Shown piece by piece: positions 9,577 through 20,473 of a stretch of DNA of 64,000 nt. Position 1 is the first letter of the stretch, and each line of letters begins with the position of its first letter. This stretch comes from an uncultured Actinomycetes bacterium (GTDB lineage: Bacteria; Actinomycetota; UBA4738; HRBIN12): the NCBI GenBank assembly GCA_963708985.1, contig CAVPUQ010000001.1, positions 330,405 to 394,404 of the forward strand. Direction: 5' to 3'. The notes beneath the pieces are model-generated. The model was not told the DNA's origin. It made no database searches and was given only the letters and a program-made list of their open reading frames with translations. The position numbers were made by a program, and so were the translations under genes.

Positions 9577-10431
9577 TCACCGCCGTCCGGGGCCCTCGCC
9601 AGCCTGCCCGCGGAGGAAGCGCTCGATCTCGCTCGCGAGCTCGTCACCCGAGGGCAGGCCTTCCTCGCCGGCCATCGTCTCGAGGCGGGCGACGTAGGCA
9701 CGGGATTCCTCGTCGTCGGCCACGGCCGCGTCGATTCGAGCCTTCGTCGCCGCAGCCTCATCCGGAAGGCCGCCGAGCGGGATCGTCACCCCGAGGTGCC
9801 TGCCCGCGTGCTCGAGGAGACCGATCGTCGCGGCGGGGAAGCTGCCGCCGACGTAGTGCGGGACCTGGGCGTAGAAGCCGACCGTCGAGATGCCGCTCTC
9901 GACGAACCGCATCTCGATCGCGTTGAGTGCGGCCGAGGGCACCCGCAGGAGGCCGTCGGGGCCTTGGCGCTCATCCTCGCGCAGCAGACCCGTCTTCGAT
10001 GCGGTCGCCAGGATCGGGACCGGACGCGTGTGCGGAACCGCGGCCGGGATCGCGCCGAGGCTGACCCACTCCACCACGCCGATGCGCAGGGCGAGCTCAA
10101 GGACCTCCTGCCCGATCTCGTGCCAGCGGAAGTCAGGCTCGGGGCCGGTGAACACGAGCACGTCTCGACCGCCCGTGCGGATGTGCCGGATCACGAGCTC
10201 GGGCCACGACAGCTCGGTGAGGGTGCCGTTCACGATGTCGAGCACCGGACGCCGCGAGCGGTAGTCGTAGAGCTGGTCGGGGTCGAACGTCGCGAGGGTG
10301 TCGCCCTCGTCCGCGAGGCGCTCGGCCGCGGCGGTCGAGGCTCCGGCGGCATCGACCCAGCCGTCGAACGCGGCGACGATCGCCGGTGCGACGAGCGGTT
10401 CGGCAGGTTCGGTGATGCGGGCGAGGGCCAT
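9577..10431 (-). CDS. PAC2 (proteasome assembly chaperone 2-like) family protein
   Basis: 284-aa ORF with AFDGWVDAAGAS..., DYRSRRP..., LVFTGPEPDFRW..., typical of actinobacterial PAC2 proteins. Confidence 0.9.
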   Translation of the reverse strand: MALARITEPAEPLVAPAIVAAFDGWVDAAGASTAAAERLADEGDTLATFDPDQLYDYRSRRPVLDIVNGTLTELSWPELVIRHIRTGGRDVLVFTGPEPDFRWHEIGQEVLELALRIGVVEWVSLGAIPAAVPHTRPVPILATASKTGLLREDERQGPDGLLRVPSAALNAIEMRFVESGISTVGFYAQVPHYVGGSFPAATIGLLEHAGRHLGVTIPLGGLPDEAAATKARIDAAVADDEESRAYVARLETMAGEEGLPSGDELASEIERFLRGQAGEGPGRR

Positions 10432-10517
10432 CTGCCAAGGATAGTGCCGGCCCCGCGAACGACGGTCGACGCGTGCGGCGGTCTCGTTCCGAGGCCAGGG
10501 CGCGATAGTGTCGCGTC

Positions 10518-11471
10518 ATGCGACTCCTGACGATCGGGGGAACGCAGTTCGTCGGGCGGCATGTGGTCGAGCAGGCCGTCGCCGCGGGTCACGAGGTCAC
10601 CGTGTTCCACCGCGGCGTCTCCGAGCCCGAGGACCTTCCACCCGTCGAGCACCTGCACGGCGAACGCGACGGCGAACTCGACGCGCTCGCGGGGCGGACG
10701 TGGGACGCGGTCATCGACGTCTGCGGCTACGCGCCGAGGGTCGTGCGGTTGTCGGCGAACGCGCTGGCGGGCTCGATCGGTCGGTACTGCTTCATCTCGA
10801 GCGAGTCTGTGTACGCGGAGCCGGCTCCGCCCGTCGTGACCGAAGACGCGCCGCTCGCCACGCTCGGGGCCGTCCATGGCGAGTGGAGCTGGTACGGGCC
10901 CCTGAAGGTGCTCTGCGAGCGCGTCGTCGGGTCGGTGTTCGGCGATCGCGCGCTCGTCGTGCGACCGGGCTACGTCGTCGGTCCGCACGACTCCACCGAC
11001 CGCTTCACCTCGTGGGTGCGACGATCCTCCCTCGGCGGCTCGATGCTCGCGCCGGGCAACGGTGAGGACGTCGTCCAGTTCGTGGACGGCCGCGACCTGG
11101 GCGCGTTCGTCGTCCACCTCGTCGAGCGGCAGGCGTCGGGTGCGTTCAACGCCGACGGAGTGCCACTCTCGTTCGCGGGGTTCCTGGCGACGTGCGCACG
11201 GGTCGCCGGCGCCGACACCGAGATCGCCTGGGTTCCCGAGGAGCGGGTCCACGAGCAGCACCTGGAGGACCTGTTCCCGATGTGGGAAGGTGGTGAGTTC
11301 GGAAGCGTCGTGATGGATGCGTCGAAGGGGCGCACGGCCGGCCTCGCGAACCGGCCCGCCGAGGAGACGATCGGTGACACGCTCGTGTGGGACCGCGAGC
11401 GGGGGCTTCCCCCCTTGAAGGCCGGCCCCACGACCGAGCGCGAAGCCCTGCTCCTCACCGGGCTCGGCTGA
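10518..11471 (+). CDS. NAD-dependent epimerase/dehydratase (extended SDR) family protein
   Basis: N-terminal Rossmann motif MRLLTIGGTQFVGRHVV. 317-aa clean ORF. Confidence 0.85.
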   Translation: MRLLTIGGTQFVGRHVVEQAVAAGHEVTVFHRGVSEPEDLPPVEHLHGERDGELDALAGRTWDAVIDVCGYAPRVVRLSANALAGSIGRYCFISSESVYAEPAPPVVTEDAPLATLGAVHGEWSWYGPLKVLCERVVGSVFGDRALVVRPGYVVGPHDSTDRFTSWVRRSSLGGSMLAPGNGEDVVQFVDGRDLGAFVVHLVERQASGAFNADGVPLSFAGFLATCARVAGADTEIAWVPEERVHEQHLEDLFPMWEGGEFGSVVMDASKGRTAGLANRPAEETIGDTLVWDRERGLPPLKAGPTTEREALLLTGLG

Positions 11472-11593
11472 GCGACGCATCCGTCCCCCGGAGCCCCGCT
11501 CCCCGAGGGCCCTTGGACCGTGGTGGCTCGGCCGCGCCGGCGTCACCCTTGTGGGTGGTGCTCCAGCACCCCGTGCGGGGCGGAGGTGAAGGC

Positions 11594-12025
11594 ATGGAAC
11601 CGGCGCTCGACCGGGCGGAGAAGGTCACCCGACGGCTCTTCGAGGAGGTCTTCAACCACGGGCGTCTGGATCTGATCGACGAGCTGATCGCCGAAGACGC
11701 CGTCGAGCACGAGCAGCTCCCGATCTCGAGTGGCGAGATGCGCACCGACCTACGCGCGTGGCTGACCGAGCTCAGGAGGGCCTTCCCCGACTACCACGTG
11801 GAGCTTGCGGACGTGATCGTCGAAGGAGACAAGGTCGTCGCGCGCGAGCGGATCACGGGGACGAACGTGGGTCCGTTGCTCGGCATCCCGCCGACGGGCA
11901 GGCGGATCTGCATCGAGGGCTACGACATCGTGCGGGTCGACGCCGGTCGGATCGTCGAGCATTGGGGCCTGACGGACGGCTGGACGATGGTTCGACAGCT
12001 CGGGCTCGCCGCCGCGGCCCGCTGA
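11594..12025 (+). CDS. ester cyclase (SnoaL-like polyketide cyclase fold)
   Basis: From M70 of ORF 11387..12025: ..RLFEEVFNHGRLDLIDELIAEDAVEHE...GTNVGPLLGIPPTGRRICIEGYDIVRVDAGRIVEHWG.. is the typical ester-cyclase pattern. Confidence 0.85.
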   Translation: MEPALDRAEKVTRRLFEEVFNHGRLDLIDELIAEDAVEHEQLPISSGEMRTDLRAWLTELRRAFPDYHVELADVIVEGDKVVARERITGTNVGPLLGIPPTGRRICIEGYDIVRVDAGRIVEHWGLTDGWTMVRQLGLAAAAR

Positions 12026-12034
12026 GGCATCGCG

Positions 12035-12472
12035 TCAGGCGGCGGGCTCGGCCGCCCCCGCCGTGCCGATGCGATCGAAGCCGAGCCGAGCGTAGACGCG
12101 TGCGACGTCGTCGCGCCCGGCCGACAGGCACCCCGTCGAGATCCATCGGCGCAGGCTAGCCGGTCGCGGGTCGGGGGGTTGGCGTCACCGTGGCGAGGCC
12201 GCGGGCTTCTCACCGAGCGCGGGCGTGGTCGAGGGCGCGGCGGCGTTCGAGCCCGAGCGATCGGGTGCCGGCGACCATCGCCACGAGAGCGTCCCGCAGC
12301 GCTCGCATCGCATCACGCGGAGCGCGTGCCCCGTTCGATGGTCGCGGTCGGGGACCACCTCGAGTGTGTGCCATCGGTGCCACCGGCCGAACGTCTCGCA
12401 TGGGGCGATCGTCACGGCCTCGGCTCCTCTCGGCGGGGTCCTGCTCCTCCATCGTCGGGCGCCTTGGGCCAT
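12035..12472 (-). pseudogene. GNAT N-acetyltransferase, fragmented over at least 3 frames
   Basis: The C-terminal GNAT motif ..DDVARVYARLGFDRIGTAGAAEPAA* ends at 12035. Upstream pieces (..MRALRDALVAMVAGTRSLGLE.. and ..WHTLEVVPDRDHR..) lie in other frames. The boundaries are approximate. Confidence 0.4.
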
Positions 12473-12529
12473 CGGCGCTGGTCGGACGACCCTGCGAGCG
12501 CGGGACCGACGGCGGCCGCGCGTTCGTCC

Positions 12530-13175
12530 CTACCGTCCCCCCAGGTAGGTGAGCACGGCGAGGACACGTCGATGATCCTGCTCCGTGGGCTGGAGGCCGA
12601 GCTTCGTGAAGATGCTCGAGACGTGCTTCTCGACGGCGCCTTCGGTGACCACGAGGTGTGCCGCGATCCCGGCGTTCGAGAGCCCTTCGGCCATGAGCGC
12701 GAGGACCTCGCGCTCGCGCGGCGTGAGCTCGTCGTGCGGGTGGCGCTTCGCCCTCGCGAGCAGCTGCGCCACCACCTCGGGGTCCAGGGCTGTCCCGCCG
12801 CCCGCCACGCGCGTGAGCGCATCGAGGAAGTCGCGGACGTCGGCGACACGCTGCTTCAGCAGGTAGCCGACGCCGCGCGTGTCGCCCGAGAGCAGCTCGG
12901 TCGCGTACCGCTCCTCGACGTACTGAGAGAGCACGAGCACGGGCGTGCCAGGCCAGCGCGTGCGGATCTCGATCGCGGCGCGCAGCCCTTCGTCCGTGAA
13001 GCCCGGCGGCATGCGCACGTCCACGATGCAGACGTCCGGACGCTCGTGACTCACTGCTTCGACGAGCGAGAGGGCGTCGCTCGACCGCGGCGGTCACCTC
13101 GTGGCCCTCGTCCGCGAGGAGCCGCGCGAGCCCCTCGCGGAGCAGGACCGCGTCCTCCGCGATCACGACACGCAT
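12530..13175 (-). pseudogene. NarL/LuxR-family response regulator; one frame break (~13080)
   Basis: The REC N-terminus MRVVIAEDAVLLREGLARLLADEGHEVTAAV is in the frame of ORF 12210..13436. The rest (..ALSLVEAVSHERPDVCIVDVRMPP...LuxR HTH LTPREREVLALMAEGLSNAGIA..) is ORF 12530..13054. Confidence 0.85.
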
Positions 13176-14512
13176 GGGATCTCCACCATCAGCACGGTCG
13201 GGCCGCCCTCGGGGGAGAGCAGGTGCAGCTCGCCGTCGAGCGCCGCACCCGGTCCCGCAGTCCGGCCAGGCCCGAGCCCTCGACGAGCGTGGCGCCGCCG
13301 ACGCCGTCGTCCTGTACCTGCACGGTGAGGCGGTCGGCGCTCGACGACGCACCGTCACGGTCGCCGAGGTCGCCCGGGCGTGCTTCGCGACGTTGGCGAG
13401 CGCCTCGCTGACGACGAAGTACGCGGCGGCCTCCACGGAGGCCGGCGGGCGCTCGGTGACGTCGACGTGACGGTGACGGGGACCGTGGAGCGGGCCGCGA
13501 GGGCGGAGAGCGCGGCGTCGAGCCCACGGTCGGTGAGCACGGCAGGGTGGATCCCGCGCGCGAGATCGCGCACCTCGATGATCGCGCGCTTCGCCTCCTC
13601 GTGCGCCTCGGTCACGAGCTCCTTCGCCCTGTCCGGGCTCGAGTCCAGTTTGTCCTTCGCACGACCCAGGTCCATCGCGAGCGTGACGAGCCGCTGCTGC
13701 ACGCCATCGTGCAGGTCGCGCTCGATCCGGCGACGGTCCTCGGCGGCGAGATCGACGGCGGCGGCACGTGTCTCGGTCAGGGTCCGCTCACGGGCGAAGA
13801 CGTCGCTGCCGATCATGCCTCGGACGAGCATCCGGTTCGCCGTCGCGAGCCCGCGGACGATCCAAGGCGTGATCAGGGCGAACACGAGACCGACGAAGGC
13901 GACGAGCGCGATCTCGACCGGCGTGTCGACCACCCAGCCGCGATACGCGGCGAACTTGAACCCCTGATCGGTGATGAGGTAGACGCCATCGCCGAACCGG
14001 ACGACGTCGTGCGGCAAGGCCCAGAAGTAGAGCGGCAGCGTGAGGAGCGAGAGGCTGACCGACCAGAACGTCAGGACGAGCGTGAACGTGAAGATGCCGA
14101 CCGGAAGCATCATGAGGTGGTATCCGACCTCGACCCAGGTCGCCGGGTCGGTGAAGCGCGCGACATGCACCCGCCACCACTTGTCCGGCTGCGGGTCCGG
14201 CCGGTATGGCTCCGGCACGTCGACGTGGAGCAGCGCCCTCGCCCTGGCGCGCTCGAAGGTCCCCATCCCCCGCGACAGGTACATCGTCGCGAAGATGATC
14301 GGGATCCCGATCAGCGTGATGAGCAAGCCGAGACCGGTCGCGAGCCCGGTCACGACGACCGTGAACGTGACGATGCCGACCGGTAGGTTGAAGAGCAGGT
14401 GGAACGTCTCCCGCCAGGTCCGCGCCTCGAACGGAGCTCGGAGGGCGCGAGCCACCGGACCGGGGCCCCGGAGCTCGGCGGGAGGGGGTGGGAGGGTCAT
14501 GTAAGTGTCCAT
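13163..14512 (-). pseudogene. sensor histidine kinase (multi-TM sensor + HisKA_3 + HATPase_c); at least 3 frame breaks in the ATPase part
   Basis: ORF 13355..14512 gives the TM sensor and the H-box (RRRIERDLHDGVQQRL). The HATPase_c continues in other frames: HVDVTERPPASVEAAAYFVVSEALANVAKHA / DRLTVQVQDDGVGGA..GSGLAGLRDRV / ALDGELHLLSPEGGPTVLMVEIPCVS*. The stop at 13163 overlaps the RR start. Confidence 0.85.
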
Positions 14513-14604
14513 GCCTGCAGGCTAGGGGCCCGATCGCGATGGTCCAATCCTGTCACCCGGCGTCTTGCCTGTCGGGTTATCCCCACCACGCACAGCCGCC
14601 TACG

Positions 14605-15621
14605 ATGCGGATGACCGAGCCCGAGGAGGCCCCGATGCCGAGCCCCGACGACGTGATGCGCGACCTGTACTGGTGGGGGCCGGCGACGCTGTTCCGATGC
14701 GCACACGACCCCGACCCGGCGAACTGCGACCTCGGGCTCGTCGGCGTCCCGCACTCGAGCGGCAACGGCACGACCTGGCACGATCAGCACCTCGGCCCGA
14801 GAGCGATCCGCGACCTGTCGATGGGGTATCGGCGACGGCACACGCGGTGGAACCTCGACCCATGGGACGCGCTGCGGATCCACGACCTGGGCGACGTGTT
14901 CATGCCGAGCTTCCTCGTGAACGACGTCACGATCCGCGAGATCGAGACGTTCTACCGCGCCCTGGACGAGCATGGGACGCGGCCGGTGTCGATCGGCGGG
15001 GACCACTCGATCCCGCTCGCGATCCTGCGTGCGATCGCCGGTCCGAGCGCGAAGACGACCGCGGGGCGTCCCGCCGCACTCGTGCACTTCGACGCACACT
15101 ACGACACGTACGACGACTTCCCGTCGTGGTACGGCGTGACGGACTCGGCGGGGCACTGGGCCTCACGCTCGGTGCACGAGCACCACGTCGACGCGACCCG
15201 GAGCGTGCAGATCGGGATCCGCGGCCACGGCTACAGCGAGGACGATGGACACACGAGCCGAGAGCTCGGCTACCGCATCGTGGACAAGGACGAGTTCGAC
15301 GAGCTCGGCGTCGACGCGGTGATCGAGCTCACCCGCGACCGCGTCGGCGACCTGCCTGTGTACGTGAGCTTCGACCTGGACGTGCTCGACATGTCGATCG
15401 CGCCGGCGGTCTCCAACCCGGAGCCCGGCGAGGAGGGGCTCACGATGCGCGAGGCGATCCGCGTGATCCAGGGTCTCCGAGGTCTGGACGTGATCGGCGC
15501 CGACGTCGTCGAGATCATGCCCTCGAAGGACGGTCCGTCTCAGGTCACGGCCTGGAACGCGACCCGCATCGCCTTCGAGCTCGTCTGCCTCGTGGCGGAC
15601 TCGATCCTCTCGCGCCGGTAG
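14605..15621 (+). CDS. agmatinase / ureohydrolase (arginase family)
   Basis: Mn-binding motifs SIGGDHSI, VHFDAHYD and VSFDLDVLD. Starts at ATG 14605 or 14611 within ORF 14488..15621. Confidence 0.9.
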   Translation: MRMTEPEEAPMPSPDDVMRDLYWWGPATLFRCAHDPDPANCDLGLVGVPHSSGNGTTWHDQHLGPRAIRDLSMGYRRRHTRWNLDPWDALRIHDLGDVFMPSFLVNDVTIREIETFYRALDEHGTRPVSIGGDHSIPLAILRAIAGPSAKTTAGRPAALVHFDAHYDTYDDFPSWYGVTDSAGHWASRSVHEHHVDATRSVQIGIRGHGYSEDDGHTSRELGYRIVDKDEFDELGVDAVIELTRDRVGDLPVYVSFDLDVLDMSIAPAVSNPEPGEEGLTMREAIRVIQGLRGLDVIGADVVEIMPSKDGPSQVTAWNATRIAFELVCLVADSILSRR

Positions 15622-15644
15622 CCGAGGCCCGAAAGCGATGCCCG

Positions 15645-16217
15645 CTACCTCGGCGTCCCCGCTTCCGGGGCGAAAGCCGGGCCGTGCCCGGGCACGATCA
15701 GGGTAAGGCCCGGGAGCGCGAGCACACGCTCACGGTTCTCGTGGAGCATCGCGAGGTCCTCGGCGAGAGGGTCCTCGGGCGGGCCCGAGGCCATCCACCA
15801 CAGGTGCGTGCAGACGACGAGCCCGTCGTCCGACCGGATCGCCGTCGAGATGTCCTGGGCCGTGTGCCCCGGGGTGGCGAGCAGCCCTACGCCGGCCGAG
15901 ACCTCGAAGTCCTCGGCCTCGCGCTCGACCCAGCGGTCGTCCTGGTACCACGCCCAGTGGTCGTGCACGCGCGCGTTCGGGAACAGGGCGGCGTTCAGCG
16001 TGTGGTCGGGATGGTGGTGCGAGAGCACCACGTCGGTCACGTCCTCGGGACGGACGCCGAGGGCTGCCAGCGGGTCGAGGATCGCCGACCGTGACGCGAC
16101 CATCCCGGGGTCGATCACGACCAGCGCCTCCCCGTCCCGCACGAAGCCGACCGTCGAGCCCACACGCTCGCCGTCGTCGAGCACGTACCCGTCGCTCAGC
16201 ACATGGAACTCGGTCAT
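15645..16217 (-). CDS. MBL-fold metallo-hydrolase
   Basis: HxHxDH motif (LSHHHPDH) and a distal TPGHT. 190-aa clean ORF. Confidence 0.9.
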   Translation of the reverse strand: MTEFHVLSDGYVLDDGERVGSTVGFVRDGEALVVIDPGMVASRSAILDPLAALGVRPEDVTDVVLSHHHPDHTLNAALFPNARVHDHWAWYQDDRWVEREAEDFEVSAGVGLLATPGHTAQDISTAIRSDDGLVVCTHLWWMASGPPEDPLAEDLAMLHENRERVLALPGLTLIVPGHGPAFAPEAGTPR

Positions 16218-16282
16218 GCTCGCGCTCCTCGCCGCCGGACGGGCAGAGCATCACCCATCCGCCGGCGACGTGCATAGAGCGG

Positions 16283-17140
16283 TCATGCGGTCGGGCCGCC
16301 GAGGTTCTGGATGATCGGCAGCGCCCCGTCGATCGCGATCGCGAAGCCGATGTTCTCCGCCGCCGCCGCCGACGCGCTCGCCGTGTTGATGCCGACGAGT
16401 CGGCCCGCCGCATCGATAAGTGGGCCGCCCGAGTTGCCGGGGTTGATCGCGGCGTCGGTCTGCAGCAGCCCCTCGAGGTGCTCGCTCGCACCTGCACGGT
16501 TCGACACATCGATCGTGCGGTCCAGGCCCGAGACGATGCCAGCCGTCGCCGTCGCCCCGAGACCGAGCGGGTAGCCGAGCGCGACGACCTGTTGCCCGAG
16601 CGCGAGATCCCCCGACGAGCCGGTCTGCACGACCGGTCGATCGCCCGTCGATGCCGACAGCACCGCGAGGTCGTGGGTCGCGTCGGTGCCGAGGACTGTG
16701 GCGGGAACCTGCTCGCCGTCGCCGAAGGTCACCGTCACCTGCGTGGCGCCGTCGACGACGTGCGCGTTCGTGACGACCAGGTTCGAGCCGACGATCACAC
16801 CCGAGCCCTGTCCCTGAACCTGCATCACGCCGCCGAAGGGGCCGGGCTGCCTCGAGGAGACCTCCACGGCTACCACCGAATCCATCGCGTCGGCGATGAC
16901 CGCGGATAGGTCACCCCCGCCGGTCGTGGCCTGCAGGACCGAGGCCACCGGTGTGCGTTCCGAACCGATGCCCTCGTCCGACGCGACCTTCATGAGGATG
17001 CCGCCCTCGACGACCGAGGCCGTGAGGGCCACGCCGAGCAGCACCGCGACGACGCGGTTCGGACGCCGGGTGGGCGCGACCGGAACGGAAGCAGCCACTC
17101 GGACGCCGGGTGCGGGAGGGAGCTCATGCATCGGGCACAT
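16283..17140 (-). CDS. S1C trypsin-like serine protease (HtrA/PepD-like, no PDZ domain)
   Basis: Catalytic-triad context TNAHVV, HDLAVL and GNSGGPL, with an N-terminal TM anchor. Confidence 0.9.
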   Translation of the reverse strand: MCPMHELPPAPGVRVAASVPVAPTRRPNRVVAVLLGVALTASVVEGGILMKVASDEGIGSERTPVASVLQATTGGGDLSAVIADAMDSVVAVEVSSRQPGPFGGVMQVQGQGSGVIVGSNLVVTNAHVVDGATQVTVTFGDGEQVPATVLGTDATHDLAVLSASTGDRPVVQTGSSGDLALGQQVVALGYPLGLGATATAGIVSGLDRTIDVSNRAGASEHLEGLLQTDAAINPGNSGGPLIDAAGRLVGINTASASAAAAENIGFAIAIDGALPIIQNLGGPTA

Positions 17141-17462
17141 CCTCCTGCGGGCCGGCCGCCGCGCCGAGATCCCTCGACACCAGGAGGAACTCCTCCCGAC
17201 TGATCTCGCCGCCCGCGTACCGCAGGCGAGCCCGTTCGAGGGCGGAGTCGGCGCTCGGCACCGGGGGCGTCAGGCCGCCGGGGCTCGGGAACGGCGGGAT
17301 CGGTGCGGCGGTGCTCGCGGGACGCTCCCGGGTCATCCTCGCGACCGCCCACACCGCGACGGCGGCGACGATCGCGATCAGTAGCAACGGCATCAGCCAT
17401 CCGAGCACCCCCCACCAGGGGCGATCGACCCAGTCCGGTCCGATGTGTGCGAACGGCGTCAT
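17124..17462 (-). CDS. SHOCT-domain small membrane protein
   Basis: From M78 of ORF 17124..17693: a TM helix (GWLMPLLLIAIVAAVAVWAV), a Pro-rich linker, and a C-terminal SHOCT-like LERARLRYAGGEISREEFLLVSRDLG. RBS AGGAGG upstream. Overlaps the protease start by 17 nt. Confidence 0.75.
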   Translation of the reverse strand: MTPFAHIGPDWVDRPWWGVLGWLMPLLLIAIVAAVAVWAVARMTRERPASTAAPIPPFPSPGGLTPPVPSADSALERARLRYAGGEISREEFLLVSRDLGAAAGPQEDVPDA

Positions 17463-17565
17463 CCGGCTCACCTCCTGACCGCCGGGCCCTCCGGCGCTCG
17501 ATGCCCAGTCAAGCGCCGGCACCTGGGAGACCCCTGGGAGCCGGCCGGGAGGTTGGTGAGGGGGG

Positions 17566-18987
17566 CTACGCGCTCGCGAGCGGGATCTGGACCACGAAGC
17601 GGGCGCCCCCGCTCGGGGCGGGCTCACATCGCGCGGTACCACCGTGGGCGTGCGCGACCGCATCGACGATCGACAGACCGAGCCCGGCGCCACCGAACTC
17701 GCGCGAGCGCGAGCCCTCGGCGCGGTAGAAGCGTTCGAAGATCCGTTCGGCGTCCTCGGGGGGGATGCCGGGCCCCTCGTCCTCGACCTCGAGCACGGCG
17801 TCGGCCCCGTCCGCGCGCACCCGCACCCGGACGGGCGTGCCCGCCGGCGTGTGTAGGCGCGCGTTCGAGAGCAGGTTGTCGGCCACCTGCCGGAGCCGTG
17901 CCTCGTCGCCGAGCACCGGAACGGCCTCGGCGGCCTCGAGCTCGATCGTGCGGTTGGGGTCGGTGGCGCGAGCGCCGTCGACAGCGGCCCGAGCCACGGC
18001 CGCGAGGTCCACCGGCTCGCGCTCGAGCGGCCGGTGCTGGTCGAGGCGGGCGAGGAGCGCGAGCTCGTCGACGAGATCGCTCATGCGCGCACCCTCCTCC
18101 TCGATCCGGCGCATGGCGTTCCGCAGGGCCTCGGGGTCGTCGGCCGCGCCGCGACGGAACAGCTCCGCGTAGCCCTGAACCGACGTGAGCGGCGTGCGCA
18201 GCTCGTGAGAGGCATCCGCGACGAATCGGCGCAGCCGATCCTCGGACGCCTGGCGCGCGGCGAACGCGCCCTCGATCCGCTCGAGCATCGCGTTGAGGGC
18301 GACGCCGAGCCGCCCGACCTCGGTCGACGGGTCGGCGGGCTCGACGCGGCGGGACAGGTCGCCGCCCGCGATCGCCCCGGCGGCCTCCCCCATGCGCTCG
18401 AGCGGCCGAAGGCCCAGGCGCACGAGCCACCACGCCAGCGCGCCGAGCGCGACGAGCACCGCGACCGTCACGGCGACCTCGATGCGGACGAGCCGGCGGA
18501 GGGTGTCGGTCACGTCGGTGAGCGGGATGGCCACGACGAGCGTGCCACCCGTGCCGATCGCGTAGGCTCGGATCCGGTACCTGGTCGATCCCTCGACGGG
18601 CACCCGTGGTGAAGGTCCGCGGCTCGACCGAGCCGCCCGCGGCGACCGAACCGGGGAGCCCGTCGGGCAGGGCGGGAGGCGACGGGGCGTCCTGCCCGAA
18701 CCCGAAGACGTGCGCCGTGGTGACGCTCCCCTGGTCGTCGAGCACCGCCGCGTACGTGCCCCCGGGGAACAGGTCGAGGCCCTCGCCCCCCAGGCCCGGT
18801 CCTTCGGGCTGGAAGTCGGGCAGGCTGAGGACGGGGATCGCGAGCCGGGTCGCGACGGTGAGCTGCTGGTCGACGCGTTGGATCAGCGATCGAGCGCAGG
18901 AAGCGGAAGGTCGCGAGGTCGGCGGCGAGCAGGCCGACCGCTCCGAGGGCGACGCATCGCGACCAGCAGCCGGGCGCGGAGCGACAC
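17566..18987 (-). pseudogene. HAMP-domain sensor histidine kinase (MprB-like); at least 3 frame breaks in the N-terminal sensor part
   Basis: ORF 17566..18603 has HAMP + HisKA (FVADASHELRTPLT) + HATPase_c (GGAGLGLSIV). The sensor region is in other frames (VSLRARLLVAM / CVALGAVGLLAADLATFRFL / LIQRVDQQLTVATRLAIPVL...AAVLDDQGSVTTAHVFGFG). GTG 18987 lies 3 nt after the RR stop. Confidence 0.85.
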
Positions 18988-18990
18988 GGC

Positions 18991-19707
18991 TCAGCCTCTC
19001 GGCAGCCGCAGCGAGTAGCCCACGCCGCGGACGGTGTGGATCAGCTTCGGCTCATCGCGTCGACCTTCCGCCGCAGGTAGCTCACGTAGGTCTCGACGAC
19101 GCTCGCGTCGCCGCCGAAGTCGTAGCGCCAGACGTGGTCGAGGATCTGCGCCTTCGAGACCACCTTCGTCGCGTTCAGCAGCAGGTAGCGCAGGAGGTTG
19201 AACTCGGTCGGCGACAGCTCGATGACGCGGTCGGCGCGCCAGACCTCGTGCGTGTCCTCGTCCATCTCGAGGTCGGCGAAGACGAGGCGGCCCGAGGCCT
19301 CGGCGTCGTCGCCGGTCCGCCGCAGGATCGCCCGGACGCGCGCGACGAGCTCCTCGAGGCTGAACGGCTTCGTCACGTAGTCGTCCGCGCCCATCGTGAG
19401 GCCGCGGACCTTGTCCTCGGTCGACGTCGCGCGCCGTCAGGAACAGCACCGGGACCCGCAGACCGTCCGCCGCCAGCCGTCGCTGGATCTCGAACCCGTC
19501 CAGGTCGGGGAGCATCACGTCGAGCACGACCAGGTGCGGCCGGAACGAGGTCACGGCCGCGAGCGCCTTGCGGCCCGTGGTCGCCGTCTGCACCTGGAAG
19601 CCCTCGTACCGCAGCACCGTCGCGACGAGGTCGGTGATGCTCGGCTCGTCGTCCACGACGAGGACACGGGTCGACGACCCTCCCGGCTCCGTCCTCGGCT
19701 CGTCCAT
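18991..19707 (-). pseudogene. OmpR-family response regulator (MprA-like); 2 frame breaks
   Basis: REC (VLVVDDEPSITDLV...VLDVMLPDLDGF...VLFLTARD) is in one frame. The middle part (MGADDYVTKPFSLEELVARVRAILRR...wHTH, ORF 19041..19394) is in another. The last residues (LIHTVRGVGYSLRLPRG*) return to the first frame. Confidence 0.85.
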
Positions 19708-19885
19708 CGGCCCGACCCTACCGCCGAAGCTGGGGCTTCACCTTCGGGTTCCCTGTGAGAACGCTGTGGGTTCGGCGGGCATCCACCGTCCGGACTCCCA
19801 GCCGGCTCCCAGGTTGCCATCACCTGCCTCCCAGGCCTGGGCGCTTGACTCGCCTCGAACGAGGACGACCGAGAGAGGTGCGGAC

Positions 19886-20473
19886 ATGCGGATGATGAAG
19901 CTGGCGGCACTCGTCCCGGCGCTGGCGCTCGCGCTGACGGCGTGTGGAGGAGGCGCCGACGGGGGGGTCGCGACACTGCAGGACGGCGCCACGGGAGCCC
20001 AGGCCTCGGCGAGCCCGTCGATGAGCGAGGAGGAGGCGCTCCAGGCGTTCGCGGCGTGCATGCGCGAGAACGGCGTCGAGGACTTCCAGGACCCGCAGGT
20101 CGACGAGGACGGCCGGATCACGTTCGGCATCGGCAGGGCGGCCGGTGAGGACGGCGGGCCTCCGTCCGAGGAGGACCGCGGCGTCATGCAGGATGCGATG
20201 GAGGCCTGCCAGGACCTCCTCCCCCAGGGTCTCGGCGGCGGTCCGGGCGGGATCTCGGCCGAGGACGAGGCCGCCTTCCAGGACGCGATGCTCGAGTATG
20301 CGCAGTGCATGCGCGACCACGGCATCGACATGCCGGATCCCGACTTCAGCGGGGGCGGCGGCTTCATCGGCATGGCGGAGGGCGCCGACCTCGACGATCC
20401 CGACTTCCAGGCGGCCGACGAGGCTTGCCGCCCGATCCTCGAGGAGGTGCGTCCCGATGCGCCGCAACCGTAG
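19886..20473 (+). CDS. secreted lipoprotein with repeated Cys-containing helices
   Basis: From M107 of ORF 19568..20473: MRMMKLAALVPALALALTACGG (lipobox), then repeated A-x-x-C-M-R-(E/D)-x-G motifs (AFAACMRENGV, AMEACQDLL, EYAQCMRDHGI, AADEACRPIL). Confidence 0.8.
   Translation: MRMMKLAALVPALALALTACGGGADGGVATLQDGATGAQASASPSMSEEEALQAFAACMRENGVEDFQDPQVDEDGRITFGIGRAAGEDGGPPSEEDRGVMQDAMEACQDLLPQGLGGGPGGISAEDEAAFQDAMLEYAQCMRDHGIDMPDPDFSGGGGFIGMAEGADLDDPDFQAADEACRPILEEVRPDAPQP

Noticed and set aside
12185-12472. The 95-aa ORF containing RCERCG as a small zinc-ribbon protein
   Set aside because: It overlaps pieces that fit a fragmented GNAT acetyltransferase better (WHTLEVVPDRDHR.., ..LVAMVAGTRSLGLE.., ..VYARLGFDRIG..). 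The Cys pair is probably out-of-frame noise.
19740-19780. Calling a specific MprA box in the divergent intergenic region
   Set aside because: I remember the mycobacterial MprA box only vaguely, and I cannot verify the consensus. I therefore report only the observed GGGTTC direct repeat, not a named site.
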